This document shows positions 28,348-36,924 of a stretch of 64,000 nt of DNA, one piece after another (within the stretch, counting starts at the first letter, position 1; each line of letters opens with the position of its first letter). The stretch is from NCBI RefSeq assembly GCF_050920415.1, contig NZ_CP169309.1. The stretch is one strand, 5' to 3'. The notes below the pieces were generated by a model. The model did no database searches and was not told the origin of the DNA. It worked only from the letters and a program-made list of their open reading frames with translations. The translations under genes were made by a program, and so were the position numbers. This DNA is from Escherichia coli. Its GTDB lineage: Bacteria > Pseudomonadota > Gammaproteobacteria > Enterobacterales > Enterobacteriaceae.

Positions 28348-28893
28348 TCAGCTAGTTTCTGTCCATAGCTGCCCTTTCCATTCAAACGTGAAATCAATAA
28401 GTTCATCAGGGACATCGCAAACAATGTGAAGACGGATTTCTTCTCTGCCGTGACTCTTTTCACTAATTGCGTAACTGTCATGCTCTGGATTATTTAATTC
28501 TTTCAGCGGAAATTTTTCCTCGAAGGCTTTATTTAGCCGCCCCTGGTTTCCTTTTACAGCGAATAAATAATCACCTCCCTGTTTTTGTATCTTCTCTGCA
28601 ATATCTTTCTGGCAACCCATCGCATCAGTTGTGATGATTTTTCCTTTAATATCCAGCATGTTAAGAAGTTCCGGGGTAGCTGTAATCTCAATACCATTTT
28701 CAAAATCACCATATTGCTTCAAAAAATCGAGATGTGTTTCCCCAAAATCCTCTATATCTTCCCAACCTTCCGCACCCGAAATAACGGCGCAAATAGTCAA
28801 CAGTAGAATATCCGATAATTTATGCTCCACTTTCCAGGCTTGTCTGTAATCGGGGATAATAGAAATATGTTCCATCAATTTTTTAAGTTCCAT
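28348..28893 (-). pseudogene. ybfD: H-repeat-associated (ISAs1-family) transposase remnant, internally deleted and C-terminally truncated
   Basis: N-terminus [18 protein letters not shown]... typical of H-rpt proteins; only 181 aa where full length is about 378 aa; central region appears missing (recalled comparison). Confidence 0.7.
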
Positions 28894-29062
28894 TTTGTTC
28901 TCCTTAATTATGTAAGGAGTATTTGATCATGTATAAGCAATAAAAAACAGCTTCAGGTAATGAGGAATATCTCAATTTTTAAACATAAAATGCGAATTAT
29001 TTAGTACAAAAAAGCAGCGTTAAGTGAGTAGGCCACCGGAACCTCCCCGACAGCCTCTCGCA

Positions 29063-29096
29063 GAACCGTACGTGAAACTCTCGCTTCATACGGCTC
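29063..29096 (-). ncRNA. Group II intron ribozyme domain V
   Basis: Minus-strand GAGCCGTATGAAGCGAGAGTTTCACGTACGGTTC, 34 nt, with AGC triad and CGAGAG-type loop. Confidence 0.85.
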
Positions 29097-29099
29097 CCG

Positions 29100-30353
29100 T
29101 CAGGCAAACGCGCTTCCTGGTCCTGCTTTCCAGTGGGCAAACAACTCCGGCTTCTCTTTTGACAGCCTTTCCATTAGCTGACACGCCTTCGTCTTTCTAT
29201 ACCGCAGGGTTTTATATTTCTTTCTCGCCCACGCAATCAGCGTCAGATTAATATATCTGCATACTTTCTTCATCGCTGATTTGTGGTATCTCGCGTAATA
29301 ATTCAGCCACCCCGATATTATCGGATTCAGCCACTTCGCAATATCTTCGAGACTCATCTCCACCCTGCGTCTGATCCACAGTTTCCTGAGTTTTCCAATC
29401 ATGCCTTTCTGCGCACGGTTACTCGCCGCCGGGCTGAAACTCGTAAAGAGGTTTCCCCGCCGGTGGTTACGTGCTCTTCGCGCTCTGAACGTATACCCCA
29501 GAAAATCAAACTGCACTGTTTCATGGTTCGCCTGTCGTTCGCTGTCTTTGCAGTAAACTACTTTCGTTTTCTCCGGATGTAATTCCAGTCCACATTCCTG
29601 AAAACGTTTTGCCAGCTTATTCAGTAATTCCTCTGCCTGTTGTTTACTGCCACAATGAATTAATCCATCATCTGCATAACGGCACCAGGGAATTTCCGGA
29701 TAATGTAACGTCAGCCATTTATCAAACACATAGTGCAGAAATAAATTCGCCAGTACCGGGCTGATGACTCCACCCTGTGGCGTACCTTTATTTCTTTCCT
29801 TCAGTGTTCCATCCGGCATCTGCACCGGCGCTGTCAGCCACCGGCGAATAGACAGTCTTACCCATTTATCCGCACAATGTTTATCTACTGCCCTGAGTAA
29901 TAAATCGTGGGAGATATTATCGAATAACCCTTTAATATCAAACTCAAGACACCAGTCGTATTGCCAGCAACGTTTTCTGGTGACTGCTATTGCATCCAGC
30001 GCTGATTTTCCATGCCGGTATCCGTATGAATCATTCAGGAAATAACGCTCCACTAATGGTTCAAACGTTACCAGCACCGTCATCTGCGCTATTCGATCGC
30101 TTACTGTCGGTATTCCTAAAAGTCTTTTGCTGCCATCCTTCTTCGGAATTTCCACCGCACGCACTGGCGGCGGCATCCAGCTTCCCGACGATAACCTGTT
30201 CCAGATTTTGTACAGATTTCCTTTCAGATCCCGCTCAAAATCTTTCAGCGTCTGGTTATCCACTCCGGCAGCTCCGGCATTCGCCTTTATCCGCCGGTAC
30301 GCTTCCACCACATGCAATTTACTGACCTGAAACGGTTTTGTCTGTTCACACAC
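29100..30353 (-). CDS. Group II intron-encoded reverse transcriptase/maturase (no endonuclease domain)
   Basis: 417 aa; RT motifs LLGIPTVSDRIAQ and YADDGLI; C-terminal maturase X-like region; no HNH. Confidence 0.9.
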   Translation of the reverse strand: MCEQTKPFQVSKLHVVEAYRRIKANAGAAGVDNQTLKDFERDLKGNLYKIWNRLSSGSWMPPPVRAVEIPKKDGSKRLLGIPTVSDRIAQMTVLVTFEPLVERYFLNDSYGYRHGKSALDAIAVTRKRCWQYDWCLEFDIKGLFDNISHDLLLRAVDKHCADKWVRLSIRRWLTAPVQMPDGTLKERNKGTPQGGVISPVLANLFLHYVFDKWLTLHYPEIPWCRYADDGLIHCGSKQQAEELLNKLAKRFQECGLELHPEKTKVVYCKDSERQANHETVQFDFLGYTFRARRARNHRRGNLFTSFSPAASNRAQKGMIGKLRKLWIRRRVEMSLEDIAKWLNPIISGWLNYYARYHKSAMKKVCRYINLTLIAWARKKYKTLRYRKTKACQLMERLSKEKPELFAHWKAGPGSAFA

Positions 30354-30481
30354 AGCCTCCTCCTGCCTACAGTTGGGCTGTGATGCAGACTAGACTGGCC
30401 CCCTGAATCTCCAGACAACCAGTATCACTTAAATAAGTGATAGTCTTAATACTAGTTTTTAGACTAGTCATTGGAGAACAG

Positions 30482-30847
30482 ATGATTGATGTCTTAGGGC
30501 CGGAGAAACGCAGACGGCGTACCACACAGGAAAAGATCGCAATTGTTCAGCAGAGCTTTGAACCGGGGATGACGGTCTCCCTCGTTGCCCGGCAACATGG
30601 TGTAGCAGCCAGCCAGTTATTTCTCTGGCGTAAGCAATACCAGGAAGGAAGTCTTACTGCTGTCGCCGCCGGAGAACAGGTTGTTCCTGCCTCTGAACTT
30701 GCTGCCGCCATGAAGCAGATTAAAGAACTCCAGCGCCTGCTCGGCAAGAAAACGATGGAAAATGAACTCCTCAAAGAAGCCGTTGAATATGGACGGGCAA
30801 AAAAGTGGATAGCGCACGCGCCCTTATTGCCCGGGGATGGGGAGTAA
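30482..30847 (+). CDS. insC: IS2 OrfA (InsC)
   Basis: [30 protein letters not shown]... 121 aa. Confidence 0.93.
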
Positions 30848-31710
30848 GCTTAGTCAGCCGTTGTCTCCGGGTGTCGCGTGCGCAGTTGCACGTCATTCTC
30901 AGACGAACCGATGACTGGATGGATGGCCGCCGCAGTCGTCACACTGATGATACGGATGTGCTTCTCCGTATACACCATGTTATCGGAGAGCTGCCCACGT
31001 ATGGTTATCGTCGGGTATGGGCGCTGCTTCGCAGACAGGCAGAACTTGATGGTATGCCTGCAATCAATGCCAAACGTGTTTACCGGATCATGCGCCAGAA
31101 TGCGCTGTTGCTTGAGCGAAAACCTGCTGTACCGCCATCGAAACGGGCACATACAGGCAGAGTGGCCGTGAAAGAAAGCAATCAGCGATGGTGCTCTGAC
31201 GGGTTCGAGTTCTGCTGTGATAACGGAGAGAGACTGCGTGTCACGTTCGCGCTGGACTGCTGTGATCGTGAGGCACTGCACTGGGCGGTGACTACTGGCG
31301 GCTTCAACAGTGAAACAGTACAGGACGTCATGCTGGGAGCGGTGGAACGCCGCTTCGGCAACGATCTTCCGTCGTCTCCAGTGGAGTGGCTGACGGATAA
31401 TGGTTCATGCTACCGGGCTAATGAAACACGCCAGTTCGCCCGGATGTTGGGACTTGAACCGAAGAACACGGCGGTGCGGAGTCCGGAGAGTAACGGAATA
31501 GCAGAGAGCTTCGTGAAAACGATAAAGCGTGACTACATCAGTATCATGCCCAAACCAGACGGGTTAACGGCAGCAAAGAACCTTGCAGAGGCGTTCGAGC
31601 ATTATAACGAATGGCATCCGCATAGTGCGCTGGGTTATCGCTCGCCACGGGAATATCTGCGGCAGCGGGCTTGTAATGGGTTAAGTGATAACAGATGTCT
31701 GGAAATATAG
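30805..31710 (+). CDS. insD: IS2 OrfB transposase (InsD, DDE)
   Basis: 301 aa ORF overlapping insC in the -1 frame. Confidence 0.93.
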
Positions 31711-32342
31711 GGGCAAATCCACAGACTGCCCGACGCTGTCCCTTCGCTCCACGTTCATTACAAACGCTTCCTCACTACTACGAACAGCTCTGCCCCGGTT
31801 TCGCACATCGATACTCTCATACTCATAATTTCGGTTATTTGTATTTCTCTCTTGAAATTGCGACGACCGGTTCCCGTAGTTCCTGCAAAGAGCCTGATAC
31901 AGCGTCATGCCTGCTATACACCGGACACCATTCACGCAGCATTCGGAATTCACCCGTAAATTAATCCCGGCGGTATCACGAAACCTCCGGTTTTGATGTC
32001 ACTTAGGACTAACGACGTTTCAACACAGGTTCGGGTTTACTCATCTCACTGTATCTCACATAGGATCAGATCTCGTCTGATCGTTCCCCCTGCGCTCACT
32101 ACCATGGCTCTTTACCACAGCAGCCGGGGTTGTTTGGGACCGACTTCCGACAGCAGATCCCGGTGGGCCTGCCACCATCTCTTCACAAGCTTATGCTTAT
32201 TACATGCAAAACGTCCCGTTTTGCATCTTTGTGCCTACGGCACACGATGATCTTTCCCTGTACCACCTCCTCAGGAAGTGGTTTAAGGTTAATAACAAAA
32301 ATACCAATCATTTTAATAAAATATGACGAGTATTTATTTTCA

Positions 32343-32615
32343 TTATATTTTAAAGCATCCTAGCCCCTGCGATGCTCGCCATCGTTTTAACTCATCAACA
32401 ATCCCTTGGGGACTATCTTCTCTATCTTCAGATGGATAGAATATCAAATCACTACCATCTGGGTGCTGAGTGATTCTAATAAAATGACTTACAAGATCAT
32501 CAATAAACTTCGACAATTTATCGCCATGCAATTCCTCAGGTGGTTCAAAAAAATTATTTAGAAGTTCGATAAATTCATCTTCCGTATAATCTTCTAGATT
32601 ATTTTTAAACTCCAT
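32343..32615 (-). CDS. Colicin/pyocin DNase immunity protein (Im9-like)
   Basis: 90 aa; aligns with recalled Im9: DYTE.EF, HP(D/S)GSDLI(F/Y)YP, (D/E)DSP.GIV, (K/Q)WRA; starts 14 nt after the vgrG stop. Confidence 0.88.
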   Translation of the reverse strand: MEFKNNLEDYTEDEFIELLNNFFEPPEELHGDKLSKFIDDLVSHFIRITQHPDGSDLIFYPSEDREDSPQGIVDELKRWRASQGLGCFKI

Positions 32616-32629
32616 TACTACCTCCTTTT

Positions 32630-35600
32630 TTATTTATGCAATCGTATGTGGTTTTTAGGTGTGTTTACTCTAAGATTATCAATATCATAGACTTCTCCCC
32701 CATATTGGATTTCGTCAATATGATGAATTTCAAATGTACCTCGCCCCCCAACTCTTTGTCTTGATATAGTATAAGGTGCGCGTCCACGCTTTATCAACGT
32801 TTGGTTAGCTTTATTAAATTGGCTCAATAGTTCTGGACATTCACCTACAGCAGTCCAGAAAGCTGCCCTGAATTCATCAAAATTGTTAAATGACTTACTC
32901 CGAAGTTTATTTGCGACCTGTTGTGGAATTGGCACTCCTAAGCTTTTCCCCGCCTGCGACAGCCATCTTCCTGTACCTGCTAACACCTCCCCCTTACCTG
33001 TTACTGTTCCCGCTTCATCCCTTGCAGTTTTCAGATACACATATATTGGTGTTAATTCCGCACCGTCAGGAAAGACAAGTATCCAGTCATTAAAATTTCG
33101 CTCCTCCGGCATTGGAGAAGGCGGCGTGGTGATATCTGTTTTTTCATCGGGTATCGGATTAACATAAATATCAGGTAGATCAACTGGTTCGACAGGAGTT
33201 CCGGTGTGTATGGGCTGCTCTGAACCTTCTGGCTTTGCAGGCGTCCAAAATATTTTTGGTCCCGAATCAGACACAGGTGAAAATTCATAACGGGAAAATT
33301 CCTTATTCCACTCCATCAATGCTACCCGAACACCTTCAAGTTCCGAACCTGCGGGTGTGTGGTATCCGTATGTTCTCAATTCACCAGCAGTATTCCGCTG
33401 AAAGAGAAAGCGCGCCCGCGTAGCTGCCGTCTCTCCAGATTGCGCTTTACGACGTAGCTCATTTTCGAGCCACTGTTCATCCCGTCCAGGAACTTTATCA
33501 CTACCTTCACCGGCAGGTATTGGATATAGTGCTGATACTAGAACACCAAGGGCTGGCACCGTTTTTGATACACTTAAAAAACCTTCTCCACCCCATGCCC
33601 CTAATGTTCCCCATACGCGAGTTAAAACTCCCGCAGACTGTTCCGCCGCTAGTGGAACCGCAACACCCGCTGACGCAACTGTCATTTCCCCCGTCAGTGA
33701 GTTCGCTCCTGAAGTTTTTTTTGCTGACTGCGCAAGTTGCTCCACTTCATCGTCATGATAGTGTGTACCATAGCCGCAACAGTCATCCTCCACTGGCTGG
33801 GCAAATAGAGCCATATCACCAAAATGTTTCGATGGCTCCATGGTCGTACCAGCATCAGTGCAGCCTTTCTCCTTCAGACAAGATTTTGCGTATACAGGAA
33901 TTACCAGTTCATCTGAATCGTCCTTGTCTTCTTCTCCACCTTCTGATTCATCCTCATCACTAGGCTCTCCGTCATTCCCGCCGCCAGCATTCCCTCTGTC
34001 ATACTGCTCGTCAGCCAGAGCGTCCATAACTGCCGGTTGTAGTGTATTTATCGGCGTCCCCGGACTGCCCCCGCCATTCAGATTTATTTTCGGTCCGACA
34101 ATATCCACACCACCAGAATGAACGACCACAAACGAGCCCCCCACCTTCAGGCTTATCCGGCTGCTGCTCTCCAGCACGATATCCCCGTCCACCTTGATCC
34201 CCAGCGCGCCACTCACCTTCTCCGCCAGGTCGCCCTTCACCTCCAGACTGTGCGTTCCCTCCACCAGACTGATATGGTTCCCCGTCGTCTTATGCTCCTG
34301 CTTCCCTTCCACCGTCACTTTACGGTCGTTTCTGACATACAGGCCGTCATCGTGACTCACGCTCACCGTCCGGTCATTCGTCACCTTCAGCGTCTGGTCA
34401 TTACGTACCGTTATGCGCCGGTCGTTCGCCACCGTGATACTCTGGTCGTGACCCCCTTCTTTTCTGGTGCCGACCTCAACCGTCTGCCCCTTCACCACCC
34501 TTATCTTCTGGTCGTTACCGATGGTCTCCGTATGGTCATGCTTCACGTCCGTCCGCCGGTCGTTAAGCACCTCCGTGTCCATGTTCTTCTGCGCGTGGAT
34601 ATACACCTGCTCACTGTCCGTCGCATCCTCGAAACGCAGTTCATTAAAGCCGCTTCCTTTATAGGTCTTCGAGCGGATGGTCATCTGCGTCCGCGTGCCC
34701 GGTAAATCCCCCGGTGAACGGTTGTCCTCATGGTATGTCCGCCCCGTCACAATGGGCTGGTCCGGGTCGCCGTTCAGAAAGTCCACTATCACTTCCTGAC
34801 CCACACGCGGTATCGCCAGATTGCCGAACCCCGGTCCCGCCCATGCCTGCGACACCCGTATCCAGCATGAACTCTCCTCCGTCATCCCGTGATAACGGTC
34901 CCAGTGAAACTTCACCCGTACCCGGCCATGTTCGTCGCAGAATATCTCCTCGCCCTTCGGCCCGGTCACAATGGCACTCTGCGGGCCGTCCACCTTCGGC
35001 TTCGGCAGCGGCGCGTGACGCCACGTCCTGTCTGCCGGTATCACCTCAAACTGATTGCTCAGTGTCGTCCCTTCACCGTGACTCCCGTGCAGCGCCTGCG
35101 GCTGTTCTCCCCGCAGTGTGCTTCCCACAACCTGCCATTCCCGGTTCAGCGTCCCTGACGGATGGCCCGTCAGCCGGAACCGCGTTCCCGGCCACAGTCG
35201 CGCCGTGTTACACACCCCGCTCGCCGTCTCCGCCCCGTTCCGCCACCCTTCCGTCTGGTAACGCGCAAAATCCTGGCCATGCTGCTCATCCTTGAAACGC
35301 CCCGGATAATCAAATATCTCGTACTGCGTTCCCTGCCCGTTCAGGCTCTCCCCGTCATGGCTGTAGTACCCCGGCCACCCCGGCGTTTTGAACGTATAAT
35401 CCTGCGTCTCCACCGACGCCACGCTTATCTGCGCACGGTAACGGAAGTCGCTGATGTACTCTGTCGTGCCTCCGGTCGTGGTATTCGGGTTAAACGCCAG
35501 CGCCCCCATTCCCGTCAGCCCCGCCACGTCATCACACACCGCCAGCTTCTGTTCCGGCCCGTCCTGACTGCAGCGTTCATAAAAGAAGATACCTTCCTCC

Positions 35601-36085
35601 GCCCACAGCCGGGTCAGGAATGTCAGGTCGCTCTCCCCGTACTGCACGCAGAACTCCCGCGCCGGGTGCGCCTCATAGAACAGCGGCATCCACGCCGTCA
35701 CCCCGTTCTCTCTCAGAAGCTGTGCTGATATCGTCCCTATGTCCTGCTGCTGGAAGATACGGAAGTTCTGCCGTAACCCTGCCCGCCACAGCGGCGGGCT
35801 GATGCTCAGGGAATAACGCATCTGCCAGTCGTTGTTCTCACCGAGCTGCACCTCCGTCACGATACCGCTGACGTAACGCTGCGGGATATCACCCTGCCAG
35901 ACCGTCAGCACCGCGCTCTTCTCCAGAAAATCCTCCGCCGTCAGGTCAGACAGCCCGCTGGCGATATCCACATCCAGGATGAACGGCGTGCAGTGGTGCT
36001 GGTACAGACGGAAGCTCACCACCGCCGTCGCCATCTCCACGATACCGGCCACCGACAGCGTGAAACGTAATCCTTCTGAGGACAT
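32630..36085 (-). CDS. vgrG: Specialized VgrG spike protein fused to a C-terminal S-type-pyocin-like region and colicin E9-type HNH DNase
   Basis: N-terminal VgrG core (MSSEGLRFTL..., gp5-like VTVANDRRITVRNDQTLKVTNDRTVSVSHDD repeats); acidic linker; C-terminus GGRGTFEIHHIDEIQYGGEVYDIDNLRVNTPKNHIRLHK. Start taken at internal MSSEGLRF; the track ORF extends to 36118. Confidence 0.9.
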   Translation of the reverse strand: MSSEGLRFTLSVAGIVEMATAVVSFRLYQHHCTPFILDVDIASGLSDLTAEDFLEKSAVLTVWQGDIPQRYVSGIVTEVQLGENNDWQMRYSLSISPPLWRAGLRQNFRIFQQQDIGTISAQLLRENGVTAWMPLFYEAHPAREFCVQYGESDLTFLTRLWAEEGIFFYERCSQDGPEQKLAVCDDVAGLTGMGALAFNPNTTTGGTTEYISDFRYRAQISVASVETQDYTFKTPGWPGYYSHDGESLNGQGTQYEIFDYPGRFKDEQHGQDFARYQTEGWRNGAETASGVCNTARLWPGTRFRLTGHPSGTLNREWQVVGSTLRGEQPQALHGSHGEGTTLSNQFEVIPADRTWRHAPLPKPKVDGPQSAIVTGPKGEEIFCDEHGRVRVKFHWDRYHGMTEESSCWIRVSQAWAGPGFGNLAIPRVGQEVIVDFLNGDPDQPIVTGRTYHEDNRSPGDLPGTRTQMTIRSKTYKGSGFNELRFEDATDSEQVYIHAQKNMDTEVLNDRRTDVKHDHTETIGNDQKIRVVKGQTVEVGTRKEGGHDQSITVANDRRITVRNDQTLKVTNDRTVSVSHDDGLYVRNDRKVTVEGKQEHKTTGNHISLVEGTHSLEVKGDLAEKVSGALGIKVDGDIVLESSSRISLKVGGSFVVVHSGGVDIVGPKINLNGGGSPGTPINTLQPAVMDALADEQYDRGNAGGGNDGEPSDEDESEGGEEDKDDSDELVIPVYAKSCLKEKGCTDAGTTMEPSKHFGDMALFAQPVEDDCCGYGTHYHDDEVEQLAQSAKKTSGANSLTGEMTVASAGVAVPLAAEQSAGVLTRVWGTLGAWGGEGFLSVSKTVPALGVLVSALYPIPAGEGSDKVPGRDEQWLENELRRKAQSGETAATRARFLFQRNTAGELRTYGYHTPAGSELEGVRVALMEWNKEFSRYEFSPVSDSGPKIFWTPAKPEGSEQPIHTGTPVEPVDLPDIYVNPIPDEKTDITTPPSPMPEERNFNDWILVFPDGAELTPIYVYLKTARDEAGTVTGKGEVLAGTGRWLSQAGKSLGVPIPQQVANKLRSKSFNNFDEFRAAFWTAVGECPELLSQFNKANQTLIKRGRAPYTISRQRVGGRGTFEIHHIDEIQYGGEVYDIDNLRVNTPKNHIRLHK

Positions 36086-36258
36086 ATAAACCCCATAGCT
36101 ACCGCACTCATGGTGCAAACCATACGGGCTTATAAGAAAGGCTTAAGTGAGATATCTGCCAGATAGCAACTATTAGGAAAATATTTATATATATTTCATG
36201 AATATATATTTCGGTTGGTATAACGGTGTCTAAATATTCCTCTGAACATCTTCCTGAT

Positions 36259-36296
36259 ACAAAAAAACCGCCAGCGTTTCCGCTGGCGGTTTTCTT
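36259..36296. terminator. Rho-independent terminator downstream of ybfA
   Basis: aaaaaaccgccagcg-tttcc-gctggcggttttcttt hairpin with flanking A/T runs. Confidence 0.8.
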
Positions 36297-36315
36297 TGAA
36301 CGTAATATTTAGCAA

Positions 36316-36522
36316 TCAGTAAAAATCACCGGTTGCCTTTTCGGCCTGATCCATCCACACCGGTTTATCGCTGGTTTTCGACCAGACGCGGTGCAGGTAG
36401 CTGTAAAAGCGGGCGCGGTCTTTCCAGAAAAGCATGAAAGGCAGCGCCAAAACGCCCGCTGCAACCGCATAAGTACGGCGTAAAAAGATAAGCCATGCAG
36501 GATATTCTCTGTAGAGTTCCAT
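36316..36522 (-). CDS. ybfA: Small DUF2517 membrane protein
   Basis: 68 aa [36 protein letters not shown]. Confidence 0.88.
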
Positions 36523-36729
36523 ACTTTTCTCCCCCTTTTGTATCTACCCGGTGAATGGCACCGGAAAAATGAATTTGTTTATCTGATGAAAATAGTACCG
36601 CCTTTTGTGTAATTTTACTACTCATCCGACCACTTATTTTTGCTTATTGATGGTTTATTTACATTCACCCCGTAATTAAGTTACATAAAAGTTAAATTAA
36701 TACTAAACATTAGTTAAATCATGGCTTTT

Positions 36730-36760
36730 GCCATTTTTATACTTTTTTTACACCCCGTCC
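36730..36760 (+). promoter_or_regulatory. Candidate KdpE operator / kdpFABC promoter
   Basis: catttttatactttttttacacc T-rich direct repeat about 80 bp upstream of kdpF; assignment from recalled KdpE site. Confidence 0.4.
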
Positions 36761-36834
36761 GCAGATTTTTGCGAAATCTTTGCAGCCAGAATTCTACCCT
36801 TCCGGTATCACTTTTAGGCCACTGGAGGTGCACT

Positions 36835-36924
36835 GTGAGTGCAGGCGTGATAACCGGCGTATTGCTGGTGTTTTTATTACTGGGTTATCTGGTTTATGCC
36901 CTGATCAATGCGGAGGCGTTCTGA
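36835..36924 (+). CDS. kdpF: K+-transporting ATPase small subunit KdpF
   Basis: 29 aa [32 protein letters not shown] start, stop overlaps kdpA ATG. Confidence 0.85.

Larger units (their letters stand above)
30391..31721 (+). mobile_element. IS2 (1331 bp) inserted inside the group II intron, 5-bp TSD CAGAC
   Basis: Ends TAGACTGGCCCCCTGAATCTCC ... ATAGGGGCAAATCCA match recalled IS2 termini; cagac at 30386-30390 and 31722-31726. Confidence 0.93.
29023..32245 (-). mobile_element. Group II intron (about 1.9 kb excluding the nested IS2); boundaries approximate
   Basis: En-minus RT/maturase ORF; canonical domain V directly 3' of the ORF; domain VI-like hairpin with bulged A; candidate 5' GUGUG at 32245 (minus strand). 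Confidence 0.75.

Noticed and set aside
28248-28481. 77 aa ORF overlapping the 3' part of the H-repeat remnant
   Set aside because: Alternative frame of degenerate H-repeat DNA; no independent support.
29100-30353. Considered whether the reverse transcriptase is a retron or defence-associated RT (DRT/Abi) rather than intron-encoded
   Set aside because: A canonical group II domain V and a domain VI hairpin lie immediately 3' of the ORF, and the protein has a maturase-like C-terminus. No adjacent msr/msd-like structure or effector gene was seen.
31727-32342. Small ORFs (85-90 aa) between IS2 and the immunity gene (31681-31953, 31695-31964, 31993-32250, 32130-32363)
   Set aside because: The region is interpreted as group II intron domains I-III RNA; the ORFs have no RBS and odd composition, so they are not called as genes.
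33520-35728. Several 150-200 aa plus-strand ORFs antisense to vgrG (33520-33963, 34118-34705, 34714-35295, 35162-35728)
   Set aside because: Pro/Arg/Ser-rich low-complexity translations inside the GC-rich vgrG core; no start/RBS context; artefacts of the repetitive core.
32630-36118. Possibility that the DNase domain is a separate downstream gene rather than fused to VgrG
   Set aside because: The ORF track shows one uninterrupted 1162 aa frame from the VgrG N-terminus through the HNH motif. A single-base sequencing error could still hide a gene boundary.
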